Shown piece after piece: positions 42,208-50,625 of a DNA stretch of 64,000 nucleotides (positions are counted from its first letter, which is position 1; each line of letters starts with the position of its first letter). This stretch comes from an uncultured Coriobacteriia bacterium (GTDB taxonomy: Bacteria > Actinomycetota > Coriobacteriia > Coriobacteriales > QAMH01). Location: positions 76,112 to 140,111 of the forward strand of contig CAUHSG010000001.1 of the NCBI GenBank assembly GCA_959608885.1, written 5' to 3'. The notes below the pieces were generated by a model that saw only the letters and a list, made by a program, of their open reading frames with translations, had not been told where the DNA came from and ran no database searches. The translations under genes were made by a program, and so were the position numbers.

Positions 42208-42334
42208 ACCTTTCTCCTTATCCTTGCCATTCTTCACTCGCCATCCGAGCGAGTAAATCCCATACAGTACCACGTATATCCAAGAACGGCTCCCCACGTC
42301 GAGGAGCCGTCCACGATAGACCATGTCGGGCTCA

Positions 42335-42871
42335 TCACATAGCTATGCCAAGCTCAAGCGCAGCTAGGTTCTTCTCAACCATCGCGACCTTACGTGCGGG
42401 AACGGCCTTGCGAATGGCAGCATCGAGCGTCTCGCGCTGGCAGAACTGCGTCTCGGCCCAGAGCTTGCCCACGCACACGATGTTCGCGAGACCCTTGAGG
42501 CCCTCTTCCTCAGCAGCCGAAGTCGCGGGAATCATGAACGAGGTGATGTCGTCACGCACAGGGCCGTTATTGGTGAGCGCGCTGTCGATGACGATGATGC
42601 CACCGGGTACGATATCGCCTTCGAACTTGTCGACGGAAGGCTGATTCATGGCGATGACCGCCGTGGGGCTGGTGATGAGCGGCGATCCGATGGGCTCGTC
42701 GGACAACGTGACCGAGCAGTTGGCGGTACCACCGCGCATCTCGGGACCATAGGACGGCAGCCACGAGACCTGGCGATCCTCGATGAGGCCCGTGTACGCG
42801 ATGACCTTGCCACCGAAGAGCAGGCCCTGGCCACCGAAGCCGGAGAGGATGAAGCGCATTTCCTGACTCAT
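42335..42871 (-). CDS. 2-oxoacid:ferredoxin oxidoreductase, gamma subunit
   Basis: I trimmed this to ATG 42871 (178 aa). [21 protein letters not shown]...[15 protein letters not shown] is the OFOR gamma signature. Its start overlaps the beta-subunit stop (TAATG). Confidence 0.85.
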   Translation of the reverse strand: MSQEMRFILSGFGGQGLLFGGKVIAYTGLIEDRQVSWLPSYGPEMRGGTANCSVTLSDEPIGSPLITSPTAVIAMNQPSVDKFEGDIVPGGIIVIDSALTNNGPVRDDITSFMIPATSAAEEEGLKGLANIVCVGKLWAETQFCQRETLDAAIRKAVPARKVAMVEKNLAALELGIAM

Positions 42872-43704
42872 TATCGCGCACCTCCCTCGGCAACGATCTT
42901 GCTGTCCTTGGCACGATCGATGGCCGCGGCGGCAACGCTCTCGTAGCCCTCGGCCAGCACATCGCGATATACGCCGAGCGGATAGTACGGCAGCATGTTC
43001 TCGCGCATCCACTCGAAGGAGTCCTGCGGCGTCATGCCCCAGTTGGTCGGACAAGTCGAGACGACCTCGATGAGCGAATAGCCCACGCCATCCACCTGAT
43101 ACTGGAACGCCTTCTTGATGGCCTTCTTCGCCTTGCGCACGTGTGCGGGCGTATCGACGGTGACGCGTTCGAGATACGCGGGGCCATCGAGCGTGGCAAG
43201 CAGCTCGCAAATGCGCACGGGATAGCCGGCGCTCGAGGTGTCACGGCCGTAGGGCGAAGTCTGCGTAACCTGATGCGGCAGACTCGTCGGAGCCATCTGG
43301 CCACCTGTCATGCCGTAGATCGCGTTGTTGATGAAGATGATGGTGATGTTCTCGCCACGCGTGGCGGCATGCACGGTCTCGGCCGTGCCGATGGAAGCGA
43401 GGTCACCGTCACCCTGGTAGGCAAAAACGACGTTATCCGGCAGCACGCGCTTGATGCCGGTCGCGACCGCGGGAGCGCGACCATGTGCGGCCTCGACCAT
43501 GTCGCAGCCGAAGAAGTTGTAGCCCAAAACGGAACAGCCGACAGGCGTGACACCCACCGTCTTGCCCTCGATATCAAGCTCGTCGATGGTCTCGGCGACG
43601 AGACGATGCACGATGCCGTGCGTGCAGCCCGGACAGAAGTTGGTCACGACGGGCAACAGCGCATCGGGACGCGTAAAGACGATCTTCTCCTCGTTATCCG
43701 CCAT
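42871..43704 (-). CDS. 2-oxoacid:ferredoxin oxidoreductase, beta (TPP-binding) subunit
   Basis: I trimmed this to ATG 43704 (277 aa). FCPGCTHG and the TPP motif GDGDLASIG...NNAIYGMTGGQ are present. Confidence 0.9.
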   Translation of the reverse strand: MADNEEKIVFTRPDALLPVVTNFCPGCTHGIVHRLVAETIDELDIEGKTVGVTPVGCSVLGYNFFGCDMVEAAHGRAPAVATGIKRVLPDNVVFAYQGDGDLASIGTAETVHAATRGENITIIFINNAIYGMTGGQMAPTSLPHQVTQTSPYGRDTSSAGYPVRICELLATLDGPAYLERVTVDTPAHVRKAKKAIKKAFQYQVDGVGYSLIEVVSTCPTNWGMTPQDSFEWMRENMLPYYPLGVYRDVLAEGYESVAAAAIDRAKDSKIVAEGGAR

Positions 43705-43705
43705 G

Positions 43706-44770
43706 TTACTCACCCACTTTCTGATCAAGCGCGACGATGGCATCGAGCACTTCGGCAGGCGTCGGGATGACACCACCTGCACGACCGTAGAACTCGACCG
43801 GTGCGCGACCGGCAACGACAAGACGCACGTCGTCGACCATCTGACCCATGTTCATCTCGACCGAGAGATAGCCCTTGGCATGGTCGGTGGTCTTCTCGAG
43901 CGCATCGACCGGGAACGGCCAAAGCGTAATGGGACGGAACAGGCCGACCTTGATGCCCTGCTCACGAGCGGCGTTCACGGCGTTACGCGCAATACGCGCA
44001 GCAGCACCGAATGCCACGACGACGATCTCGGCGTCATCGCAGAGATACTCTTCGGAGAGCTGCTCGGTCTCCTTGATCTTGTCGTAACGCTCGTAACGGT
44101 CGCGATTGGTCTGGTCGAGCAAATCGGCATCGAGGTAGAGGGAGTTCGCGATGTTGTGCTCGCGCTCGCCCTTGGTACCCGTGCACGCCCACGGCTTATC
44201 GGGAATGCTCTCTTTTGGCTCGGGCAGCTCGACTGGCTCCATCATCTGGCCCAGCAGGCCATCGAGCAAGATCATGACCGGCGTGCGATACTCGTCCGCG
44301 ACGTCGAATGCCTTGGCGACGTAGTCGGCCATCTCCTGCACCGTCGAGGGCGCATAGACGACCATCTGGAAATCACCGTGACCCAAAGCGCGCGTTGCCT
44401 GCCAGTAATCTGACTGGGAAGGCTGGATGGAACCCAAACCCGGACCACCACGCATGACGTTGATGATGACGGCGGGCAAATCGGCACCGGCGATGTAGGA
44501 AACGCCCTCGCTCTTGAGCGAAATGCCCGGAGACGAGGAGGAGGTCATGACACGTGCACCGGCGGCCGCCGCACCATACACCATGTTGATGGCCGCAACC
44601 TCGCTCTCGGCTTGCAGGAAGGTTCCGCCGATCTTGGGCATATGCTTGGACATGTAGGCAGACAGTTCGGTCTGCGGCGTGATGGGGTATCCGAAGAAGT
44701 ACTTGCAACCGGCGCGCATCGCGCTTTCTGCCAGCACCTCGTTTCCCTTCATGAGCACTTTCTCTGACAT
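43706..44770 (-). CDS. 2-oxoacid:ferredoxin oxidoreductase, alpha subunit (VorB/KorA-like)
   Basis: I trimmed this to ATG 44770 (354 aa) after GGAGG. MKGNEVLAESAMRAGCKYFFGYPITPQTE is the alpha-subunit N-terminus. The substrate cannot be determined from the sequence alone. Confidence 0.9.
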   Translation of the reverse strand: MSEKVLMKGNEVLAESAMRAGCKYFFGYPITPQTELSAYMSKHMPKIGGTFLQAESEVAAINMVYGAAAAGARVMTSSSSPGISLKSEGVSYIAGADLPAVIINVMRGGPGLGSIQPSQSDYWQATRALGHGDFQMVVYAPSTVQEMADYVAKAFDVADEYRTPVMILLDGLLGQMMEPVELPEPKESIPDKPWACTGTKGEREHNIANSLYLDADLLDQTNRDRYERYDKIKETEQLSEEYLCDDAEIVVVAFGAAARIARNAVNAAREQGIKVGLFRPITLWPFPVDALEKTTDHAKGYLSVEMNMGQMVDDVRLVVAGRAPVEFYGRAGGVIPTPAEVLDAIVALDQKVGE

Positions 44771-44775
44771 CGTGC

Positions 44776-44982
44776 CTACCTCCATACCGTAATCGCAACG
44801 TCGGGGCACATGAGTGCGCAAGAACAGCATCCCGTACAGGCATCCATGTCGATGCAATGTGCCGGGTGATAGCCCTTGTCCGTTATCTTGTCCTGGTCGA
44901 GCTCGACAATATGCAGCGGGCATGCATCGACGCAGAGGCCACAGCCCTTGCAAAATGCATCGTCAACGATCATTTTTGCCAT
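44776..44982 (-). CDS. 2-oxoacid:ferredoxin oxidoreductase, delta subunit (2x[4Fe-4S] ferredoxin)
   Basis: 68-aa ORF with CKGCGLCVDACP and CTGCCSCALMCP. Confidence 0.85.
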   Translation of the reverse strand: MAKMIVDDAFCKGCGLCVDACPLHIVELDQDKITDKGYHPAHCIDMDACTGCCSCALMCPDVAITVWR

Positions 44983-45006
44983 GTGTAAGCTCCTTTCTCG
45001 ACTCGA

Positions 45007-45729
45007 TCATTCCCAGGGGTTCTTGACATATAAACGTACAGGATAGACCAACGGGGCGTATTTCGTATCTGTAAAAATCTTCCCTGCATCCCCAACGAGC
45101 CCTTCGGGGACGGTCTTTGCCACGAGGGACAAGCCGGATAGTCTGGAAACCGCCTCGGCATATCCGTCGTCGTCACGCAAGGCAACCTCGTCGGTCTCGT
45201 TCTTGAGGTGGGCGTTATCGACCAGACCCGTCGCGTGCAGATGCGTCACCGCCTCAATCTCGCGCAGGTTCTGAACGGCCTCTGCAGGATCTGCCATGAG
45301 ATTCCGATGACGATTGAGAACATATAGCATCGCATGCGAATGTGCTTGCACCACCTGCGAGAAACGGCCAAGTGCCGTGGCCCCCACGTCGTCTCCGCCC
45401 AAGTCCACTATGACGAGATGCTCGTCGGTCGCGTCTTCGAGCGCTGGCATGATGGCGCCCGTGAGACTCGGTACGTCAAGGCTCGTCCCGGCCTCCGAGA
45501 ACACCGGTGCGACAAGATGCACACCGGCTTGTTCGAGCAGATTGCGCTGCTCACTTGCCCGAAAGTACGGATTTACAATGTCGAGATCGACGAGCGTCAC
45601 CGCACGCCCCTCGCGCACGAGGTCGAGGACGAGGTTGATGGAGAGATTGGTCTTGCCCGCTCCATAATGACCAGCGATGATCGTGATGGGAGCGAGAGCC
45701 GCCTCGAACGTGCTTGGCAGACAACCCAT
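45007..45729 (-). CDS. P-loop NTPase of the MinD/Mrp/CooC-like (SIMIBI) type, function unknown
   Basis: 240-aa ORF with Walker A IIAGHYGAGKTNLS, lacking the deviant signature lysine. Walker B-like VIVDLGGDD. Its start overlaps the stop of the upstream acyl-CoA synthetase (TGATG). Confidence 0.65.
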   Translation of the reverse strand: MGCLPSTFEAALAPITIIAGHYGAGKTNLSINLVLDLVREGRAVTLVDLDIVNPYFRASEQRNLLEQAGVHLVAPVFSEAGTSLDVPSLTGAIMPALEDATDEHLVIVDLGGDDVGATALGRFSQVVQAHSHAMLYVLNRHRNLMADPAEAVQNLREIEAVTHLHATGLVDNAHLKNETDEVALRDDDGYAEAVSRLSGLSLVAKTVPEGLVGDAGKIFTDTKYAPLVYPVRLYVKNPWE

Positions 45730-47504
45730 CAGACCAAACCGTCCTTGTTCTCGTTGTCGTCGTTGTCGCGAATCGCGGCACGGCGGATCTTGCCGTTAAC
45801 CGTCTTGGGAAGCTCGTCGACATAGGCAACGATACGCGGGAACTTGTACGGAGCAGTGCGGCGCTTGACCCAACGCTGCAGCTCTGTGGTGAGCGCGTCG
45901 GAAGGCGCGTAGCCGTCGGCAAGCACGATGGTCGCCTTGACGGCCTTGCCGCGTACGGGGTCGGGCACGCCCGTGACGGCGCACTCGCGCACCGCATCGT
46001 GCTCGAGCAGCACGCTCTCGATCTCGAAGGGCCCAATGCGATAACCGCTCGACTTGATGACATCATCATTGCGGCCCACGTACCAGAAGAAGCCGTCCTC
46101 ATCACTCCAGCACATGTCGCCCGTGTGATACCAGCCATCGTAGATGGCGTCGTCGGTCTTCTCCGGGTTGCGGTAGTACTCCATCATGATGCCCTCGGGA
46201 CGTGGATCCATCTTGATGCAGATCTCACCCGTCTCGCCCACGTCACAGCGGCTCCCGTCATCGCGCTTTATCTCGAGCACGTAGAGCGGGTTGGGCTTGC
46301 CCATCGAGCCGGGACGCGGAACCGAATGAGTGAGGTTCGCGCAGGTAAGCGGTGTCTCGGTCTGGCCGAAGCCCTCGAAGATCGTGAGGCCGGTATTGGT
46401 CTTCCAGAAATCGAAGAGGTCGGGATTGAGCGCCTCTCCAGCCGTGGTGGAGTACTCGAGCGAGGAGAGGTCGAAACTCTCGAAATCCTCCTGCATCATC
46501 AGGCGATACATCGTGGGTGGACAGCACAGCGTGGTGATCTGGTACTTGTCGATGAGATCGAGAATCTCGGCCGGATGGAAACGGTCGAAGTCATACGTGA
46601 AGACGCATGCCTCCATGATCCACTGGCCATAGTACTTACCCCATACGGCCTTGCCCCAACCGGTGTCGGCGATCGTGAAGTGAATGCCATCGGGCCGCAC
46701 GTTATGCCAATGCTTGGCGGTCGGGATATGGCCGAGCGCGTAGGTCGAATTGTGCAGAACCATCTTTGGATTGCCCGACGTGCCGCTCGAGAAGTACATG
46801 AGCATGGGATCGTAGACGTTGGTCTGCACGCGTTCGAACTCGTGAGACGCAGCGCGCACGCCGGTGTTGAAGTCAATCCAACCGTCTCGGTCGATAGGCG
46901 CGGCGCAGATGCCCTCGGGTCCGCTCAACACGCTACCGACAAGCGCACCTTTCTCGACGTCAAGCTCGCCGTTCTCGGCGAACCCCGTCGTTCCCCCGCC
47001 GGCGCCGTTCACGAGGATGAGCGACTCGACGCTCGGGCACTTGTCACGCACGTTGTCGATGATGTCGGCGATGTCGCCCACCGAGGTCGCGATAATCGCC
47101 TTTGCCTCGGAATTGTTGAGACGATACTCGAGGTCATGCTCCTTGAGCATGAAGGTCGCGGGCACCATGATGGCGCCAAGCTTGGCAAGCGCCGTCGCGA
47201 TGAACCAGAACTGGTAGTGGCGGCGCACGATGACCATGACCATGTCGCCCTTGCCGATGCCGAGCGATTTGAGGAAGTTTGCCGTCTTGTCCGACCAGGT
47301 CTTCATGTCCGCGAAGGTGAAGACATGCTCCTCGCCCTCGGGATTGCACCAGACCATCGCACGGCGCGTGGGGTCATTCACGGCTATGTCATCGACGATG
47401 TCATAGCCGAAGTTGAAGGTATCGGGATAGTGAAGCGAGAACGACTGAAGCGTCTTGTCCTTAGCGTAGGTCTCCTCTACGTAGCGCAGGTTTATGTTTC
47501 TCAT
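45729..47504 (-). CDS. AMP-forming acyl-CoA synthetase (medium-chain/ACSM-like)
   Basis: 591-aa ORF with ATG after GAGAAGGAA. YFSSGTSGNPKMV (AMP-binding), GFGQTE, GDMCWSDEDGFFWYVGRNDDVIKSSGYRIGPFEIE and the C-terminal PKTVNGKIRR are present. Confidence 0.85.
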   Translation of the reverse strand: MRNINLRYVEETYAKDKTLQSFSLHYPDTFNFGYDIVDDIAVNDPTRRAMVWCNPEGEEHVFTFADMKTWSDKTANFLKSLGIGKGDMVMVIVRRHYQFWFIATALAKLGAIMVPATFMLKEHDLEYRLNNSEAKAIIATSVGDIADIIDNVRDKCPSVESLILVNGAGGGTTGFAENGELDVEKGALVGSVLSGPEGICAAPIDRDGWIDFNTGVRAASHEFERVQTNVYDPMLMYFSSGTSGNPKMVLHNSTYALGHIPTAKHWHNVRPDGIHFTIADTGWGKAVWGKYYGQWIMEACVFTYDFDRFHPAEILDLIDKYQITTLCCPPTMYRLMMQEDFESFDLSSLEYSTTAGEALNPDLFDFWKTNTGLTIFEGFGQTETPLTCANLTHSVPRPGSMGKPNPLYVLEIKRDDGSRCDVGETGEICIKMDPRPEGIMMEYYRNPEKTDDAIYDGWYHTGDMCWSDEDGFFWYVGRNDDVIKSSGYRIGPFEIESVLLEHDAVRECAVTGVPDPVRGKAVKATIVLADGYAPSDALTTELQRWVKRRTAPYKFPRIVAYVDELPKTVNGKIRRAAIRDNDDNENKDGLV

Positions 47505-47521
47505 GGTTCCTTCTCATAATG

Positions 47522-48106
47522 CTAGATTACTTGTTTGTCGGATGGCTCTATAACAACAGCCAAGAGTACGACCGGCTCGCCATCGAGGGCGAGAAGTCCA
47601 TGACCCCGCGCCGAGTCGTACATGAGTACGTCACCTGGGCCGCAATCTTCGGTATGACCCTCATACGAAAACCGAAGGTGGCCCGAGATAATGTAATCTA
47701 GCTCCTGCCCCTTGTGATAGGAAAGGTGAATGGGCTTGTCCTGGTCTTCCTCGACGTAGGGAATCGTGACGAGGAAGGGTTCGGCAAGCTTGTTGCCGAG
47801 GTGCGGCGCCTTGTGCAGGTACTCGAACCCGGCATGACGTTTGATCGAGAGACCCTCACCGGCACGTACGAGCGAATAGCCACGCAGATGCGGGGACTCG
47901 CCGGTGAGAAGCTCGATGACGTCAACGCCAAAGATATTCGCGCACTTATATAAGAAGGTGAAGGAAAGATCCTCCTCGCCAGACTCCTGCGCCGCGTACT
48001 CGGCGACCGTGCGCCCCGTAGCCTCGGCCATCTCCTGGAGCGAGAGGTCGAGATCCTCGCGCATCGAGCGAATCCGGTTGCTTATCTCCTTGATGTTCGG
48101 ATTCAT
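47522..48106 (-). CDS. XRE-family HTH regulator with a C-terminal cupin domain
   Basis: 194-aa ORF with HTH (ISNRIRSMREDLDLSLQEMAEATG) and cupin (HKGQELDYIISGHLRFSYEG). The stop is 17 nt from the synthetase start. Confidence 0.8.
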   Translation of the reverse strand: MNPNIKEISNRIRSMREDLDLSLQEMAEATGRTVAEYAAQESGEEDLSFTFLYKCANIFGVDVIELLTGESPHLRGYSLVRAGEGLSIKRHAGFEYLHKAPHLGNKLAEPFLVTIPYVEEDQDKPIHLSYHKGQELDYIISGHLRFSYEGHTEDCGPGDVLMYDSARGHGLLALDGEPVVLLAVVIEPSDKQVI

Positions 48107-48141
48107 GGCGTGTCCCTTCCCTTCTGAATGTAATGGGCATA

Positions 48142-48170
48142 TTTATACACCAACACTTTAGGCATGCGAA
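48142..48170 (-). promoter_or_regulatory. Candidate sigma-70-type promoter for the XRE-cupin/acyl-CoA synthetase/OFOR operon
   Basis: The minus strand reads TTCGCA-17 nt-TATAAA, about 35 nt upstream of ATG 48106, in an AT-rich spacer. This is pattern recognition only. Confidence 0.25.
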
Positions 48171-48270
48171 GAAAAAACGCCATGTTGCATTATTTTTTTG
48201 AGTAGTGCGAAAACGGCATTCTCCGTTTCCGCAAAGAAGTGTCAGGACGAAACGAGCCAAGCGGTTAAGC

Positions 48271-49977
48271 TCACGAGAGTCGTTCGTTGACATGAGCCTC
48301 GAACGCATCGGGATCCATGGGGCGAGCGCAGAAATATCCCTGGGCGTAATCGCACCCCACGGAATGAAGGAATTCGTACTGCTCTTCCGTCTCCACACCC
48401 TCGGCGATGACGGGGATGCCCAACGCGTGTGCCATGTTCACGATGGAAGTGAACACGCTTGCCACGCGCGGATTGCGCTCGAGATTGCGCATGAAGACCA
48501 TGTCGGCCTTGAGGATGTCGACGGGTATGTCGCTGAACGCGTTGAACGACGAATACCCACTGCCGAAATCGTCCATGAGGACGGTGAAGCCATACTCCTG
48601 CAAGCGCGTGACCATGGAAATGACGAGGTCAATGTTCTCGGTATACGAGGATTCCGTGACCTCGATACGAAACAGTCTCGGCTCGATGCCGTACTTCTCG
48701 ACGAGGGCGACGATCTCGTCGTAGAGCGACGAATCGAAGATGCTGCGACGGGAGAGGTTAACCGAAATAGGAATCTCGGGAAGCCCGCGCTCATGACGAC
48801 TGGCAAGAATCTGGCAAACCTGCTCCCAGATGTTGTGGTCCATCTTCGAGATAAAGCCGTTCTTCTCGAAAAGCGGAACGAAGACACCGGGAGAAACGAT
48901 GCCATGGCCCGGACGATACCAGCGAACAAGCGCTTCCGCACTTACGGGCTGGTTCGAGTCGATGCCGTAGACGGGCTGAAGCTGCACGTGAAACTCTTCG
49001 TTGTCGAGAGCATGCTCCATGTTGTTGAGGATGTCCTGCTCCTCGAGCATACGATTGGTGAGCTCGGAATTGTAATGGGCGATATGACAATCGTAGTCGC
49101 CCTTGATGGTGTTGCGCGCCATCATCGCGCGATCGAGCATGACGCTCGCCTCGACATCGGTGTCGTCGATGAGATAGACGCCCGTCGCCAGCGAAGGGGC
49201 GAAATCGATGTTGCTCTGTGCGAGCAGAGCGTTAATGGCAGAAATTATACGCTCCATGACCTGCTCGACATCGATTTCGTCTTTTCGGGCGCAAAAGGCG
49301 AAGTTGTCATTGCCCAAGCGTCCGTAAACCCCGCCATTGGCGAAGAGCTCGCTCATGCAGCGCGCGGCCTCGATGAGCATCCTGTCACCCAGCTCGGCGC
49401 TGAAGAGCTCGTTGAAGGACTTGAAGTTCTCGATATCCCAGACAGCGAGCAGATACTCCTCCTCGGGACAAGCGTCAATCATGCTTTGCATCTCGCGCAG
49501 GAAGGCCTTGCGCGTATAGAGCCCCGTAAGGTCATCATGGTCGGTAATCCAAGCCGCTTCCTCGAGCATGCGCACGCGCATGCGCTGCTCTTCAAGCTCA
49601 CGGGCATTGATGACGAGGCTGATGCGACGTCGCATGATCTCGGGCTCGATGGGCTTGGTAAGAAAGTCGGCGGCCCCCGCGTCAAGGGCATGAACCTCAG
49701 CAGCAGTCACGCTGTCGGCCGTGATGACGATGACGGGAATGTCGGCGATGGCGGGATTCGCCTGCTTTTCGGCAAGCACGTCGAATCCGGATTGGCCAGG
49801 CATGTGCAAATCGAGCAGGACGGCATCGATACCGTCCTCTCCATGCTCGCGCATGATCTCGAGGGCATCTGACCCGTTGTCCGCCTCGAGAATGTTGTAT
49901 TCGGGAGCGAGGATGCCGCCCATCTGTATGCGGTTGATAATCGAGTTATCTGCGATGAGGATGGTTTTATCGTGCAC
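48271..49977 (-). CDS. Response regulator: REC, degenerate GGDEF and EAL (probable c-di-GMP phosphodiesterase)
   Basis: 568-aa ORF with GTG start 5 nt after GGCGGAG. REC has the acceptor in VLLDLHMP. The GGDEF-domain motif reads RLGNDNF instead of GGDEF (49300-49314). The EAL domain has intact EALVRW (48928-48936), DDFGSGYSS, EGVETEEQ and QGYF. Confidence 0.85.
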   Translation of the reverse strand: MHDKTILIADNSIINRIQMGGILAPEYNILEADNGSDALEIMREHGEDGIDAVLLDLHMPGQSGFDVLAEKQANPAIADIPVIVITADSVTAAEVHALDAGAADFLTKPIEPEIMRRRISLVINARELEEQRMRVRMLEEAAWITDHDDLTGLYTRKAFLREMQSMIDACPEEEYLLAVWDIENFKSFNELFSAELGDRMLIEAARCMSELFANGGVYGRLGNDNFAFCARKDEIDVEQVMERIISAINALLAQSNIDFAPSLATGVYLIDDTDVEASVMLDRAMMARNTIKGDYDCHIAHYNSELTNRMLEEQDILNNMEHALDNEEFHVQLQPVYGIDSNQPVSAEALVRWYRPGHGIVSPGVFVPLFEKNGFISKMDHNIWEQVCQILASRHERGLPEIPISVNLSRRSIFDSSLYDEIVALVEKYGIEPRLFRIEVTESSYTENIDLVISMVTRLQEYGFTVLMDDFGSGYSSFNAFSDIPVDILKADMVFMRNLERNPRVASVFTSIVNMAHALGIPVIAEGVETEEQYEFLHSVGCDYAQGYFCARPMDPDAFEAHVNERLS

Positions 49978-50026
49978 GTCGACTCCGCCCTGTCGCGGCT
50001 TGCATTACCTGGGTTTTCATATCGGG

Positions 50027-50368
50027 TTATGCGCCGATAGCCTCAATGGCAGTGGCGTAGGACAGTTTGAGCCTGTCAATGACCGGGGCAATCGCATCAT
50101 AATCCTGGGCGCGAAGCAGGGCGACGATCTCGGCTGCATCCGCGTAGACCTCGGTCATCGAGAGATTGCTGCTCATGCCCTTGATTTCGTGCATGTGCGA
50201 GAAGAGGCCCTCCCAATCCTTCTGCTCGAACGCCTTGAGGGACTCCGCGTAGTTGGTATCCTGGGCAAACATCCCGAGCAGGCGCTCATAGAGCGTATCG
50301 TTACCAGCGCAACGGCGCAGGCCGTCCTCGTAATCGATTCCCGCATCCTTGAGCTTTGCTGTGTCCAT
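50027..50368 (-). CDS. Hpt (histidine phosphotransfer) domain protein
   Basis: I trimmed this to ATG 50368 (113 aa). MDTAKLKDAGIDYEDGLRR...FSHMHEIKGMSSNL carries the HxxKG phosphotransfer motif. The gene ends 49 nt upstream of the REC-GGDEF-EAL gene. Confidence 0.7.
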   Translation of the reverse strand: MDTAKLKDAGIDYEDGLRRCAGNDTLYERLLGMFAQDTNYAESLKAFEQKDWEGLFSHMHEIKGMSSNLSMTEVYADAAEIVALLRAQDYDAIAPVIDRLKLSYATAIEAIGA

Positions 50369-50625
50369 CTTCTCACCCGCAATCACGCGATAGGGCAATA
50401 CATCATGTGAATTGCATTCTATACCATCAGGCAGGCACTTCAGTAACATCTCCCGCACACTATGACAAGCGGAGCCGGAAACCTCTGTCAGCGCCATCGA
50501 GATGATGATTCGTGGTGAAATTGTCGGGAATGTGTCCGAAAGCTTGTGTACCCAACACGATGCTGCTTAAATCTTTAGCTCAAAAGCACAATGCATACCA
50601 CCAACCGAGATTTTGGGTGAAAACC

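Noticed and set aside
39787-42342. 851-aa plus-strand ORF, the longest in the track for this region
   Set aside because: It runs antisense across the FadD-like ligase and the XRE-cupin gene, both of which have clear signatures on the minus strand. Its composition is the GC-rich shadow type (runs of D, E, H, L, V, R), and it has no start context.
48107-48270. Hairpin GCGAAAACGG...CCGTTTCCGC as the terminator of the REC-GGDEF-EAL gene
   Set aside because: The stem is imperfect, and the T-run lies on the wrong side for a minus-strand transcript. I left it unannotated.
45714-49872. Plus-strand ORFs 45714..47519 (601 aa) and 48205..49872 (555 aa)
   Set aside because: They lie antisense to the acyl-CoA synthetase and the REC-GGDEF-EAL gene respectively, and have no motifs.
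50498-50625. ydaO (c-di-AMP) or GEMM (c-di-GMP) riboswitch upstream of the NlpC/P60 gene
   Set aside because: Such riboswitches often precede cell-wall hydrolase genes. However, the ~128-nt leader lacks the conserved ACGGGGACCCA / CCGAACCC (ydaO) and GGCAAACC / ACGCAAAGC (GEMM-I) blocks.
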